Source of the DNA: an uncultured Candidatus Saccharibacteria bacterium
GTDB lineage: Bacteria > Patescibacteriota > Doudnabacteria > UBA920
Direction: 5' to 3'
Assembly: GCA_964512925.1 (NCBI GenBank)
Contig: CAZEKH010000005.1
Coordinates: 4,325-68,324 of the forward strand
DNA: 64,000 nucleotides
The notes under the pieces were generated by a model, which saw only the letters and a program-made list of their open reading frames with translations, did not search any database and was not told where the DNA came from. Shown here one piece after another: positions 18,795 through 28,467 of this stretch (position 1 is the first letter of the stretch; each line of letters begins with the position of its first letter). A program made the position numbers and the translations under genes.

Positions 18795-20483
18795 TTATGT
18801 TTTTGGTTGGTCTTTGGTGAGGTCTAGGAGGGTTGTGGCGGTCAGGCCGCTGTTGATGGGGATGCTGAAGGCAAAGGTGGAACCCTTACCTTCGCCTTCG
18901 CTTTCCGCCCAGATTTTTCCTTTATGTTGTTCAATGATGATTTTGGCAACATAGAGTCCAAGTCCAAGACCGGCGCTGTGTTTGACTGATTCTTTGCCGC
19001 GGGAAAATTTTTGGAAAATCGAGGTTTTTTCTTGTTCGCTGACTCCTTTGCCCGAGTCTTTAACAGAAAAAACAATCTGTCCGTTTCTTTCGCAGATCGC
19101 GGCTGTAACCGAACCTTTGGGTGTGTATTTCAAGGCATTGTCGATGAGATTGTTCATAACCTGGCGGATTTTTTCTTTGTCCGCCATTACTTTCGGCAAA
19201 TTTTGTTCCGGTTTGATAAAATTGAAAAGAAGTTTTTTGTCCGTTGCCATCGGGATGAGTTGGTTAAAGGCCAGTTCTGCCAGCTCCAGCATATTGGTTT
19301 CCGTAAACAAAAATTCCATTTTGCCCCGCTCAATGCGCGAGACATTGAGCATATCTTCAATCAATGAAATAAGCCCGTTGTTGGTTTGGTGGATGATGTT
19401 TAGCTGTTTTTTTTGGTCATCGGTAAATGGGCCGTAGTCTCCGGCAAGCAGGGAAGACATATACCACTTGATGGTTGCTGGAGGAGTGCGGAGCTGGTGC
19501 GAGGCAATGGAAATAAATTCCGCTCGCGCCTGGTCCAGTATTTTTAACTGCTCATTGGCGCTTTGTAATTGCCAGGTTAAAAATTGTAATTGTTCTCTTT
19601 GTTTTACTTCGCGTTTTACGCTTTTAATGAGTAGAGAGCCCAAAATTCCAAGAAGTAACAAAGTCAGCACTACAATTATACGAACATTTTCAATGGACCT
19701 AATAAATAAAATACTAACTAAAAAGAACCAAATGGTTCCAACCAACACTTGAGTGCTTAAAACTTTTATGTTAAAACTTTGATACTTTACGACCAAATAT
19801 GATAAAAAGAAAACAAAAATTGGCATACCAATCAGCCCCGCTTGTGCCAATTGCCAGTTATCTGAAAAACTGCCGATAATATTTCCCCAGGAAAAGGCTA
19901 CTAAAAATAGTATTGAACCTGCTGAAAAAGTTTTAATTTCCTGGCTTCTGGAAGTTTTTTTGCTGAAAATGCCGAAAAATAAAATACTTAAAATAATTAT
20001 CAGCTCAATAAAGTATGTAAAATATTTTGCAATAATATTTTCAATCGCAGTGCAGTCCGAAAGGTTGATGCCTATTATGTTCCATTTGGTTGAAAGAAAA
20101 AAAACAATAGGAGCATAGCCCAGTAAAATTAAAATTTTATATTTATCCTTTAAATCTTGCTTTGTACTGAATATATAGGTTAAATAAAAAGTTAAAATGT
20201 AGATTGATGGCTCAATGAGGATTTGCAGTGACCAGAAAAACATAACATCTTTGGGGGAGTTGGTTGCCCATAAAACCAAATCAAAAAGGCTCCAGGCAGA
20301 AAACAGCAAACAGATAGAAAGTAAAATTAAGCTGATTTTTTCTCCTCTGGTTTTTATATAGACAATAGCGCCGGCAAAAATTGCTATGGCTATGGCGGGG
20401 ATATGGGAATAATAAAACAAGCTTGGGGTATTGCTGGAAAAAATAAAGTATTGAGCGGGTTCCCACGGACAAAAAATATCCAT
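18795..20483 (-). CDS. Membrane sensor histidine kinase (multi-TM N-terminus)
   Basis: H-box SIASHQLRTP, N-box NLIDNALKY, G1 DSGKG, G2 GLGLGL and GSTF. Confidence 0.93.
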   Translation of the reverse strand: MDIFCPWEPAQYFIFSSNTPSLFYYSHIPAIAIAIFAGAIVYIKTRGEKISLILLSICLLFSAWSLFDLVLWATNSPKDVMFFWSLQILIEPSIYILTFYLTYIFSTKQDLKDKYKILILLGYAPIVFFLSTKWNIIGINLSDCTAIENIIAKYFTYFIELIIILSILFFGIFSKKTSRSQEIKTFSAGSILFLVAFSWGNIIGSFSDNWQLAQAGLIGMPIFVFFLSYLVVKYQSFNIKVLSTQVLVGTIWFFLVSILFIRSIENVRIIVVLTLLLLGILGSLLIKSVKREVKQREQLQFLTWQLQSANEQLKILDQARAEFISIASHQLRTPPATIKWYMSSLLAGDYGPFTDDQKKQLNIIHQTNNGLISLIEDMLNVSRIERGKMEFLFTETNMLELAELAFNQLIPMATDKKLLFNFIKPEQNLPKVMADKEKIRQVMNNLIDNALKYTPKGSVTAAICERNGQIVFSVKDSGKGVSEQEKTSIFQKFSRGKESVKHSAGLGLGLYVAKIIIEQHKGKIWAESEGEGKGSTFAFSIPINSGLTATTLLDLTKDQPKT

Positions 20484-20495
20484 TGATGTGTTTTA

Positions 20496-21428
20496 TTAGT
20501 TAGATAAATATAACAAATATGTGCCAATAATGATGATTCCAACAGAAATGAATTTGTGTAACAGGTGTTTATAAGATATTTTTTCGTTAAATAATTTAGG
20601 CAAGAATTTTGTTAACATAATGCCTTCTAAAAAAACAAATAGCGGTTGATAACTGGAAACCACTGATACAATAGCCACTGGCGCAAGGAGTGTGGCAAAA
20701 CTGTTAGCCAAATTGCCTAAAGTATAAAAACTTTCGCTGATTACATTTAAATACAAAACTTTATGGGATCCATTTTTTACTATGTTTTTAAATTCATCCC
20801 TGGATTTTTTAGATGAAATAAAAAAAATGCTGCCAAAAATAAAAATGCCAAAATACTGCCAAAAAGTGGAAATCCAGAAATTATCCGGAACTGTTGCGAG
20901 TTTGAAGCAGACATCGTTTAAAGCAAAAAGAAAAGATGAAAGAACGGCAAATAGTAAAGACGTGGTTTTGATTTTAAATTTATTTTCTATATCAATTTCA
21001 AAGGAGATAACAATAATGCCCAAAAGAATAATAAGCGAATATAAAATTTGCTGAGACTGAAGGGTTTCATTAAGAATAAAAAAACTTAAAAAATAAGCAA
21101 AAACAGGAGTTAGTTGAAGAAGGGCTACTACTATTGAAGCTTCTTCTATATCCATGGCTTTTAAATAAAAATAGAATGCCGCTGCCCCAAAAAAGCCGGT
21201 TACAATCAATAAAAAAAACTGAGACAAAGATACGCTAAAGATTTGTTGATGGAAAAAAATTGCGATGAAAGGCAGGATTAGCGCGGAAAAAAAAGTTGAA
21301 AACAAAATTATCGCATTTACGCCTTTGCCCGAGGGGAATTTATTTAACAGGTATTTGTCTATGTGATTTATGAAGCTCCAGAGAATTGGGGCAAGAATGG
21401 CGAAAAAAAACCAGTTAGGTTGATACAT
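20496..21428 (-). CDS. EamA/DMT family transporter
   Basis: Ten-TM pattern with 'EASIVVAL.QLTPVF' and 'L.E.L' motifs. Confidence 0.85.
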   Translation of the reverse strand: MYQPNWFFFAILAPILWSFINHIDKYLLNKFPSGKGVNAIILFSTFFSALILPFIAIFFHQQIFSVSLSQFFLLIVTGFFGAAAFYFYLKAMDIEEASIVVALLQLTPVFAYFLSFFILNETLQSQQILYSLIILLGIIVISFEIDIENKFKIKTTSLLFAVLSSFLFALNDVCFKLATVPDNFWISTFWQYFGIFIFGSIFFISSKKSRDEFKNIVKNGSHKVLYLNVISESFYTLGNLANSFATLLAPVAIVSVVSSYQPLFVFLEGIMLTKFLPKLFNEKISYKHLLHKFISVGIIIIGTYLLYLSN

Positions 21429-21460
21429 TGAGAGTGTTTTTAATTGATATATCTTTTAGC

Positions 21461-21618
21461 AGACTTTTTTCAAAAGTTGCTTTCGTCGCGAAATTTAAGT
21501 ATTTTGAGCGAAAACTTTGAAAAAACGTAAGATATCGGAGTTATCGCTGAGGCTTTTTTCAGAAGTTTGCAGCCAAAATACTTAAATTGCAGTTGAAATG
21601 TACTTTTGAAAGAGGTCT
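21461..21618. mobile_element. ~158-bp palindromic MITE-like element
   Basis: Termini AGACTTTTTTCAAAAGT / ACTTTTGAAAGAGGTCT and inner arms AATTTAAGTATTTTG / CAAAATACTTAAATT; folds over its whole length. Confidence 0.7.
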
Positions 21619-21864
21619 AGTGTAAAGTTTTCGTAACTACTATGGATTTGTTAATTGGGTTTTGATTTTTTACAATTTCAAAATTTTGTAAAATATAAGC
21701 GCGCAAATACAATAAAAAAATTGAAATTATCAAGGTTAAAATGCAAAAAAAATAAACAAGTTTTTTAGTATTTTGTTTCATTAATCCGATATAAAGTAAG
21801 TACAGAAGTATTATACCACTTTTTTTGCCAGGCATACTTTTTAAAAGTATGGTATAATTTTTTT

Positions 21865-22260
21865 ATGTCTGAAAATAGCAAAATTACTATTCTTATAGCT
21901 GAGGATGACTTGGCTATGAGGGATATTTTAACTCATAAGCTGATCTCTAAGGGCTATGAAGTTTTGGCGGCAGAGAATGGCTTATCAGCTTGGGATGTTA
22001 TACAAAAACGGCAGCCGAATCTGGTTTTGACCGATCTGATGATGCCTGAGCTGGATGGCTTTGCGCTTTTAGAAAAAATCCGCAGCCATAAAGATGAACA
22101 TATTTCCAAATTGCCAGTAATTGTACTTTCCAATCTTTGGAGCAATCAGGATATACTGAAGGCTGAAAGTCTTGGGGTAAAGGCTTTTATGATAAAAGCC
22201 TACTTTACGCCGGAAGAGATTTATGCTAAAATCAATGAAGCTTTAGGAAAAGAAAATTAA
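21865..22260 (+). CDS. Single-domain response regulator (CheY-like)
   Basis: ILIAEDD, LTDLMMPELDG and VIVLSN motifs; divergent from the kinase. Confidence 0.93.
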   Translation: MSENSKITILIAEDDLAMRDILTHKLISKGYEVLAAENGLSAWDVIQKRQPNLVLTDLMMPELDGFALLEKIRSHKDEHISKLPVIVLSNLWSNQDILKAESLGVKAFMIKAYFTPEEIYAKINEALGKEN

Positions 22261-22327
22261 CAGAATGGTTTGCGGGAACAGCGAAGGATTATGTGCATAG
22301 TCCTCGTCATCACGCAAAATCATTCTG
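22261..22327 (+). promoter_or_regulatory. Long stem-loop in the pnp leader
   Basis: CAGAATGGTTTGCG..CGCAAAATCATTCTG with an inner AGGATTATG/CATAGTCCT stem. Confidence 0.55.
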
Positions 22328-22367
22328 AGAAAAGGATCTAAAAGCTCCAGCTTTTAGATAAACATAA

Positions 22368-24641
22368 ATGAGCAAACAGCAAATCTCATGCAAAGTCGGC
22401 GACAACGACTATGTTTTTGAAATTGGTCAGATAAAAACCCAGGCCAATGCCGGGGTAATAGCCCGTGTTGGCGACACTATGGTTTTAGCCACTACGGTAA
22501 TGTCCGACAAATCAAGAGAGGGAATAGATTTTTTCCCGCTTTTGGTTGATTATGAAGAAAGACTTTACGCCGCAGGAAAGATCAAAGGCAGTCGCTGGAT
22601 AAAAAGAGAAGGCCGGGCTACTGACGACGCTATACTAAAGGGGCGGGTGATTGACAGAACTTTGAGACCAATGTTTCCGGAAGGAATGCGCAATGATGTG
22701 CAGATAGTCGCCACCGTGTTGTCCATTGACGGGGTAAATGAACCAGATATGGTAGCGGTTAACGCGGCTTCTATGGCTTTGACTATTTCCGATGTGCCTT
22801 TTGACGGGCCTGTGGCAGCTGTGAGAGTTGGGAAAGTGGATGGTAAATATATAGTAAATCCGACTCACGAACAGCAGGAGGTTTCTTCTATGGACCTGAT
22901 AGTTTGCGGTACTTCAGACCATATCATAATGGTTGAGATGGGAGCAAAGCTTGTTTCTGAAGAGGAGATAGTGGAAGGAGTAAAGTTTGCCCAAACTCAT
23001 TTGGCTGTTTTGGTTAAATGCCAGTTGGATTTTGCAAAGCAGGTAGGCAAAGCCAAATCTGAGCCAATAATAGTCAAGCCAAATGAACAGGTTTACGAAA
23101 AAGTCAAAAGCTTTTTGACAGAAGAGAAGATTGAAGCCGCAGTTTATGTGCAAAATATGTATGAGCGCGATGAAAAAACCGCAAAGCTTTTTAAAGAAGT
23201 AGCTGAATTTGCCAAAAAGGAATTGGGAAGCATAGAGGGGGTCAGTGTGGAGAAAGAAGCCAATGCGGTAGCGGATAAAATTTTGAAAAAATATCAGCAA
23301 AAACAGATTTTGGAAAAAGAACGGAGAGTTGACGGCAGAAAGCTGACAGAAACCCGTCCGATTTTCTGCGAAGTCGGGGTACTGCCTCGCGTTCACGGTT
23401 CTGCTATCTTTACCCGTGGAGAAACTCAGGCTTTAACTACTGTGACTTTGGGAAGCCCTGGCGACGAACAAATGCTTGACGGAATGGAAGACCCGACAGA
23501 TGGACGTTCCAAGCGCTACATTCACCACTATAACTTTCCTGGCTACAGCGTTGGCGAGGTAGCTCCTTTAAGGGGTCCGGGCAGGCGTGAGGTTGGACAC
23601 GGTATGCTGGCTGAACGGGCTGTGGAAGTGGTGGTGCCGGAAAAAGAAGCTTTTCCTTATACTTTGCGACTGGTTTCAGAAATTATGTCTTCTAACGGGT
23701 CAACTTCAATGGCTTCTACTTGCGGTTCGACTTTGGCGCTTATGGACGCTGGCGTGCCTATCAAGCACATCATCGGCGGGTGCGCTATGGGTTTGGTAAT
23801 GGACGAGTCGGATACCAGTAAATACAAAGTTTTAACCGACATTGCCGGCATTGAGGACTTTAACGGGCATATGGATTTCAAAGTGACCGGTTCTGAAGAA
23901 GGCGTTACCGCCCTCCAGTTGGATATAAAAGTAAAAGGTTTGACTTGGCAGATTTTGGAAAAAGCTTTAGAGCAGGCTAAGCCAGCGCGCAACCATATAA
24001 TCGGGAAAATGAAAGAAGCGCTTCCCGCACCAAGAGCGGAAATGTCTCCTTACGCGCCAAGGATTGTTTCGTTTAAGATTAAGCCTGACAAAATCCGCGA
24101 AGTTATCGGTAGCGGTGGAAAAACTATAAACGAAATTATTGCAAATTGTCCTGGCGTTAAAATTGACATTGAAGATGACGGCTTGGTGATGATTACTTCA
24201 ACTGACTCAGAAAGCAGCAAAAAAGCTGTTGAGTGGGTACAAAATATAGTCAAAGAAGTTCAGCCTGGAGAAATTTATGATGGCAAAGTTACGAGGCTAA
24301 TGGACTTTGGCGCCTTTGTGGAAGTTTTGCCAGGAAAAGAAGGTTTGGTTCATATTTCCCAACTTGCCAATTACCGTGTTGCCAGGGTGGAAGACGTTGT
24401 CAATGTTGGCGATGCGCTGAAAGTCCAAGTTTCAGAGATTGACGAGCAGGGTAGGATCAACCTGACCCACAAACCCTTTGCGCCTGAGCCTACCCCAGAA
24501 CAGCTGGCCAAGTCCCAAAGTGGAGACTTTCATTCCAGCGGTGGTAGTCGTGGCGGTTTTGGTTCAAGACCTGGCGGCCACTCCCGCGGCGGGTTTGGCT
24601 CCCGTCCAAGCGGCCCCAGACCCCCGAGAAGAGACTATTAA
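22368..24641 (+). CDS. pnp: Polyribonucleotide nucleotidyltransferase (PNPase)
   Basis: DFFPL.VDY, R.DGR, RGETQ, GRREVGHG, SSNGSTSMAS and DFKV motifs, KH and S1 domains, RGG-rich tail. Confidence 0.98.
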   Translation: MSKQQISCKVGDNDYVFEIGQIKTQANAGVIARVGDTMVLATTVMSDKSREGIDFFPLLVDYEERLYAAGKIKGSRWIKREGRATDDAILKGRVIDRTLRPMFPEGMRNDVQIVATVLSIDGVNEPDMVAVNAASMALTISDVPFDGPVAAVRVGKVDGKYIVNPTHEQQEVSSMDLIVCGTSDHIIMVEMGAKLVSEEEIVEGVKFAQTHLAVLVKCQLDFAKQVGKAKSEPIIVKPNEQVYEKVKSFLTEEKIEAAVYVQNMYERDEKTAKLFKEVAEFAKKELGSIEGVSVEKEANAVADKILKKYQQKQILEKERRVDGRKLTETRPIFCEVGVLPRVHGSAIFTRGETQALTTVTLGSPGDEQMLDGMEDPTDGRSKRYIHHYNFPGYSVGEVAPLRGPGRREVGHGMLAERAVEVVVPEKEAFPYTLRLVSEIMSSNGSTSMASTCGSTLALMDAGVPIKHIIGGCAMGLVMDESDTSKYKVLTDIAGIEDFNGHMDFKVTGSEEGVTALQLDIKVKGLTWQILEKALEQAKPARNHIIGKMKEALPAPRAEMSPYAPRIVSFKIKPDKIREVIGSGGKTINEIIANCPGVKIDIEDDGLVMITSTDSESSKKAVEWVQNIVKEVQPGEIYDGKVTRLMDFGAFVEVLPGKEGLVHISQLANYRVARVEDVVNVGDALKVQVSEIDEQGRINLTHKPFAPEPTPEQLAKSQSGDFHSSGGSRGGFGSRPGGHSRGGFGSRPSGPRPPRRDY

Positions 24642-24654
24642 AAAATAAATTTTA

Positions 24655-24686
24655 AAAACAACCCGATGTAAAATCCGGGTTGTTTT
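24655..24686 (+). terminator. Terminator after pnp
   Basis: AAAACAACCCG..CGGGTTGTTTT. Confidence 0.7.
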
Positions 24687-24725
24687 GCTTTATACTTTAT
24701 ACAAAATACTTTATACTATCTTAAT

Positions 24726-26027
24726 ATGCCGTATTTTGAGATTTTGAAAAAAGCAGAACTCACCCCAGTCCTCTCTTTAGAAAATAGAGGGAGTGATATA
24801 TTCCCCCCCTCTTTAAGCAAAGAGGGCGAAGGGGGAGTTTTGGGAGCTAGGACGGGCATCATCCATACCGCGCACGGGGATATAAAGACCCCGGCGTTTT
24901 TGCCTATTGGCACCAAAGGCGCGGTAAAGGCTGTGACGGCGGAGGAGCTGAAGTTTTGGGGCGCGGACATCATCCTTGCCAATACCTACCACCTTTGGCA
25001 GCGTCCGGGCGACGCTCTCATATATAAAGCCGGGGGGCTGCATAAATTTATGAACTGGCAAGGGCCTATCTTTACTGACTCCGGGGGGTTTCAGGTTTTC
25101 TCGCTCGCAAAAATGAGAAAAGTTTTAGAATTGGGCGTGCTGTTTCAGTTTGATTTAGACGGCAGGCAGGAACTTTTGTCGCCGGAAAAATCCGTTGATA
25201 TCCAAGCTAACTTAGGCAGCGACATCTGCCTCATACTGGATGATTTTCCGGGATATCCTTGGACTTATGAGCGAAGCAAAGAATCCATTGAGCTTACAAA
25301 CCGTTGGGCTGAAAGGGCGATAAAGGAGCATAAGAGAATAGTGACTGATGGCGACCCCATTAACCCCGGCCAAAAGCTGTGGGGGATAGTTCAGGGCGCA
25401 TCTTTTCCGGACTTAAGGGAAATGTCGGCTAAAGCAATGGTTCAGTTTGGATTTGAAGGCTTTGCCATTGGCGGCGTGGCCGTGGGCGAACCTCACGAGG
25501 AGATGATGAAAGCTGTGGAGGTTACCATACCGCATTTACCGGAAAATGCCCCAAAACATCTTTTGGGCGTCGGAACGCCTTTTGACATTGTTCAGGCAGT
25601 AGCGCGTGGCTGCGATACTTTTGACTGCGTGATCCCGACTAGGGAAGCTAGGCATGGAAGACTCTATATAAATAACAAATATCAAATTTCAAATAACAAA
25701 GCAGACAACCTCTCCCTTTCTCCCTCCCCTCATGAGGGGAGGGAAGGGGTGGGGTTGCAGTTTGAAGGCTATAGTACCATCAATATCTTCAACGAAAAGT
25801 TTAAAGAAGATTTTTCCACCATAGACGATCAGTGCGATTGCTATTTGTGCCAGAACCATACCAAGTCTTACCTTAGACATTTGTTTCAAACTGGCGAGCC
25901 TTTGGCGACAAGGCTTGCAACTATGCACAACCTGAAATTTTATTTAAACTTAATGGCTAAAATCAGGAAATCCATCCAATATGATTATTTTGATGAGATG
26001 GTCTTAAACTACAAAGAAATTAAATAG
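24726..26027 (+). CDS. tgt: tRNA-guanine transglycosylase with two repeat-derived insertions
   Basis: TPAF.P.GT, NTYHL, TDSGGFQVFSL, GIVQG and DCVIPTR motifs, Zn site CDCYLC..H. Confidence 0.96.
   Translation: MPYFEILKKAELTPVLSLENRGSDIFPPSLSKEGEGGVLGARTGIIHTAHGDIKTPAFLPIGTKGAVKAVTAEELKFWGADIILANTYHLWQRPGDALIYKAGGLHKFMNWQGPIFTDSGGFQVFSLAKMRKVLELGVLFQFDLDGRQELLSPEKSVDIQANLGSDICLILDDFPGYPWTYERSKESIELTNRWAERAIKEHKRIVTDGDPINPGQKLWGIVQGASFPDLREMSAKAMVQFGFEGFAIGGVAVGEPHEEMMKAVEVTIPHLPENAPKHLLGVGTPFDIVQAVARGCDTFDCVIPTREARHGRLYINNKYQISNNKADNLSLSPSPHEGREGVGLQFEGYSTINIFNEKFKEDFSTIDDQCDCYLCQNHTKSYLRHLFQTGEPLATRLATMHNLKFYLNLMAKIRKSIQYDYFDEMVLNYKEIK
24757..24839. repeat. Family A doublet, in-frame in tgt
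   Basis: AACTCACCCC..CTCT..AGAG..CCCTCTTT..AAAGAGGG..GGGGGAGTT; encodes ELTPVLSLENRGSDIFPPSLSKEGEGGV. Confidence 0.85.
25707..25756. repeat. Family A element, in-frame in tgt
   Basis: AACCTCTCCC..TCCCTCCCCTCATGAGGGGAGGGA..GGGGTT; encodes NLSLSPSPHEGREGVG. Confidence 0.85.
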
Positions 26028-26145
26028 TTAAGACCCTGAGTTAATTGAAGGGTAGATAGTCTCGCAAAGCGAGATCGCGCTTTGTATGAAGAGATAAGAA
26101 ATTGGCAAAATTGGCTTATTTTGGTATACTTTTTTATATATTTAT

Positions 26146-26466
26146 ATGGCTGAAAAAATTCATTTGGATTTTTTATTAAAAAAGGATTTAGTTAAAATTC
26201 CAGATCAAAGTTTAAACCCTGAAGAACAGCTCAGAAGAAAACAGATTTTAGAGATGTTAAAAGAAGCCTCTGAAAGAGGACGAATCTCTCAAAGGGAATT
26301 AAAAATTTTACAGCTGTATCATTTAGAGCAGATGAAGCCAGTGGAAATTGCAAGAAGTGAAAATGTGCATAATTCAAAAATTCATGAGATATTAAAACGC
26401 GCTAATCAAAAGCTTCGTGAATATTTTTCAAAAAAAGGGATACAATCCCCAGAAGATATAATATAA
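26146..26466 (+). CDS. Small protein with a sigma-70 region 4-like HTH
   Basis: 'SQRELKILQLY..M..VEIA...V....IHEIL.RA..KLR'. Confidence 0.65.
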   Translation: MAEKIHLDFLLKKDLVKIPDQSLNPEEQLRRKQILEMLKEASERGRISQRELKILQLYHLEQMKPVEIARSENVHNSKIHEILKRANQKLREYFSKKGIQSPEDII

Positions 26467-26533
26467 TTTTATAAACAACTCAGATTTGATGGGTCACGTT
26501 AGAAATTTAAAACTAAAAATAGTTAACTAAAAT

Positions 26534-27862
26534 ATGAGTGAAAATTTAAAAAAAAATCCAGGAGATATTTCTAACGGGATGGAAAAAATTGTCAGCCTCT
26601 GCAAGAGGCGGGGATTTGTATATCCGGGAAGTGAAATATACGGCGGGCTTGCTAACTCCTGGGACTACGGCCCCCTTGGAGTGGAACTTAAAAACAACAT
26701 CAAACAGCTGTGGTGGAAAAAGTTTGTCCAACAAAGGGACGACGTTGTGGGCTTGGACGCGGCTTTGATAATGAACCCCAAAGTTTGGGAAGCATCTGGC
26801 CACGTGGGAAATTTCAACGACCCAATGGTTGAGTGTAAAAATTGTCATGAACGGTATAGGGCTGACCATATAGATACTTCAAAGCCTTGCGCGAAATGCG
26901 GCAAAACTGTTTTTACAGAAAGCCAGCAGTTCAATATGATGTTTAAAACAAACCTGGGGCCAGTGGCGGATGAAAAATCTGTTGTTTACCTCCGTCCGGA
27001 AACCGCGCAGGGGATGTTTGTGAACTTTAAAAATGTTTTAAACACTTCCAGAAAGCAGCTGCCGTTTGGGATTGCCCAGATTGGTCCGGCTTTCCGTAAC
27101 GAGATTACGCCTGGAAATTTTATATTCCGCACCCGCGAGTTTGAGCAGATGGAAATTGAATTTTTTGTAAAACCCGAAGACTGGGAAAAGTGGTTTGAGT
27201 ATTGGCTTTCACAGCAAAAAGAGTGGCTTAAGGAATTGGGAATATTTGAGCAAGCTGTTTTTGTGGAAGTACCTGAAGCAGACAGGGCACACTATAGCAA
27301 GCGCAGCATAGACACCGAATACCTCTTTCCTTTTGGCCAGAAAGAACTTTATGGTTTGGCATATAGGACTGACTATGACCTAAAAGCCCATATGGAAAAG
27401 TCCGGTCAGAGTTTGGAGTATGTGGATCCCGTGACAGGGGAAAAAAGTGTACCACATTGCATTGAGCCTACTTGGGGCGTAAACAGAACCCTGCTTGCGG
27501 TTTTGTGTTCAGCTTACGACGAGTCTGACCCCGAAAATATAACTTTAAAACTTCCATACAAACTTGCACCTTACAAAGCCGCGGTTTTTCCACTTTTGAA
27601 AAACAAGCCGGAGTTGGTCTCTAAGGCAAAAGAAATTTACGACAGTTTGCGAAAAGATTTAACGGTTGCCTGGGATGACCGGGGCAACGTGGGAAAACGC
27701 TACTATAGTCAAGACGAAATTGGCACGCCCTTTTGCATAACTGTGGACTTTGACACCATAGAAAAAGACAATATGGTCACAGTTAGAAACCGCGACACCA
27801 AACAGCAGGAGAGGGTGAAGGTTGAGGAATTAAAGGAATATATTGTAAGGGAAATTAAATAA
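26534..27862 (+). CDS. glyQS: Glycine--tRNA ligase (alpha2 type)
   Basis: KRRGF, YGGL...DYGP.G, LRPETAQG, FRNEITP, RTREFEQME and DEIGTPFC motifs. Confidence 0.97.
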   Translation: MSENLKKNPGDISNGMEKIVSLCKRRGFVYPGSEIYGGLANSWDYGPLGVELKNNIKQLWWKKFVQQRDDVVGLDAALIMNPKVWEASGHVGNFNDPMVECKNCHERYRADHIDTSKPCAKCGKTVFTESQQFNMMFKTNLGPVADEKSVVYLRPETAQGMFVNFKNVLNTSRKQLPFGIAQIGPAFRNEITPGNFIFRTREFEQMEIEFFVKPEDWEKWFEYWLSQQKEWLKELGIFEQAVFVEVPEADRAHYSKRSIDTEYLFPFGQKELYGLAYRTDYDLKAHMEKSGQSLEYVDPVTGEKSVPHCIEPTWGVNRTLLAVLCSAYDESDPENITLKLPYKLAPYKAAVFPLLKNKPELVSKAKEIYDSLRKDLTVAWDDRGNVGKRYYSQDEIGTPFCITVDFDTIEKDNMVTVRNRDTKQQERVKVEELKEYIVREIK

Positions 27863-27866
27863 TATT

Positions 27867-28136
27867 ATGTTCGCAGAAATTTTACAAAGTACAGAAAAAA
27901 CCACTAATCCTAAAGTTGATTTTTTAGGCAATCAAGTCAGACTTGCTTACTTTACTTATGTTGAAAAGTATGGGGAGTTACCAAAAGATTTAAAAGACAA
28001 TTTAACAGAATTTTATTTAAAACTTGACCTTGCAAATATCGGTCAATATACTTTGGAAGGTTTAAAAAAAGATGCAGAGTTAATTTTAGTTAGTTTGAAT
28101 AAGCCAAACGTCCAGGATACTGCTTATACTGTATAA
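27867..28136 (+). CDS. AT-rich orphan protein
   Basis: 89-aa ORF 4 nt after the glyS stop. Confidence 0.5.
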   Translation: MFAEILQSTEKTTNPKVDFLGNQVRLAYFTYVEKYGELPKDLKDNLTEFYLKLDLANIGQYTLEGLKKDAELILVSLNKPNVQDTAYTV

Positions 28137-28161
28137 ATTTAAATTTTAATCTTGAAACATA

Positions 28162-28467
28162 ATGAATGAAGGCAAAAACAAGATAACATCAGAAATTTTT
28201 TGGGAAAGTTTTCAAACCAAAAATCCTGAATTAAAAAAGTGCCTCGCAGACCTTGATGCTTATCTGCAAGTAGTTGATTTTGATCAAGTTTCAGAAATTG
28301 ACAAAGAAAGATTTGTGGAGCTAAAAACTTCCATAAGTCAATTTATTGCAGATAAAGAAATACAACACGATCGGGAGGAGTTTGTTGATACTTGGACAAA
28401 AGAATTTGAAGAATTACAACAAAAATATGGAACACCAAAGGTTGCGGCAACTTCAGCAGGAAATTAA
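28162..28467 (+). CDS. AT-rich orphan protein
   Basis: 101-aa acidic ORF overlapping the start of the next gene. Confidence 0.5.
   Translation: MNEGKNKITSEIFWESFQTKNPELKKCLADLDAYLQVVDFDQVSEIDKERFVELKTSISQFIADKEIQHDREEFVDTWTKEFEELQQKYGTPKVAATSAGN

Noticed and set aside
21617-21835. 72-aa minus-strand hydrophobic ORF
   Set aside because: It is very AT-rich, overlaps the divergent promoter region and ends in the MITE-like element. It could be real, but support is too weak.
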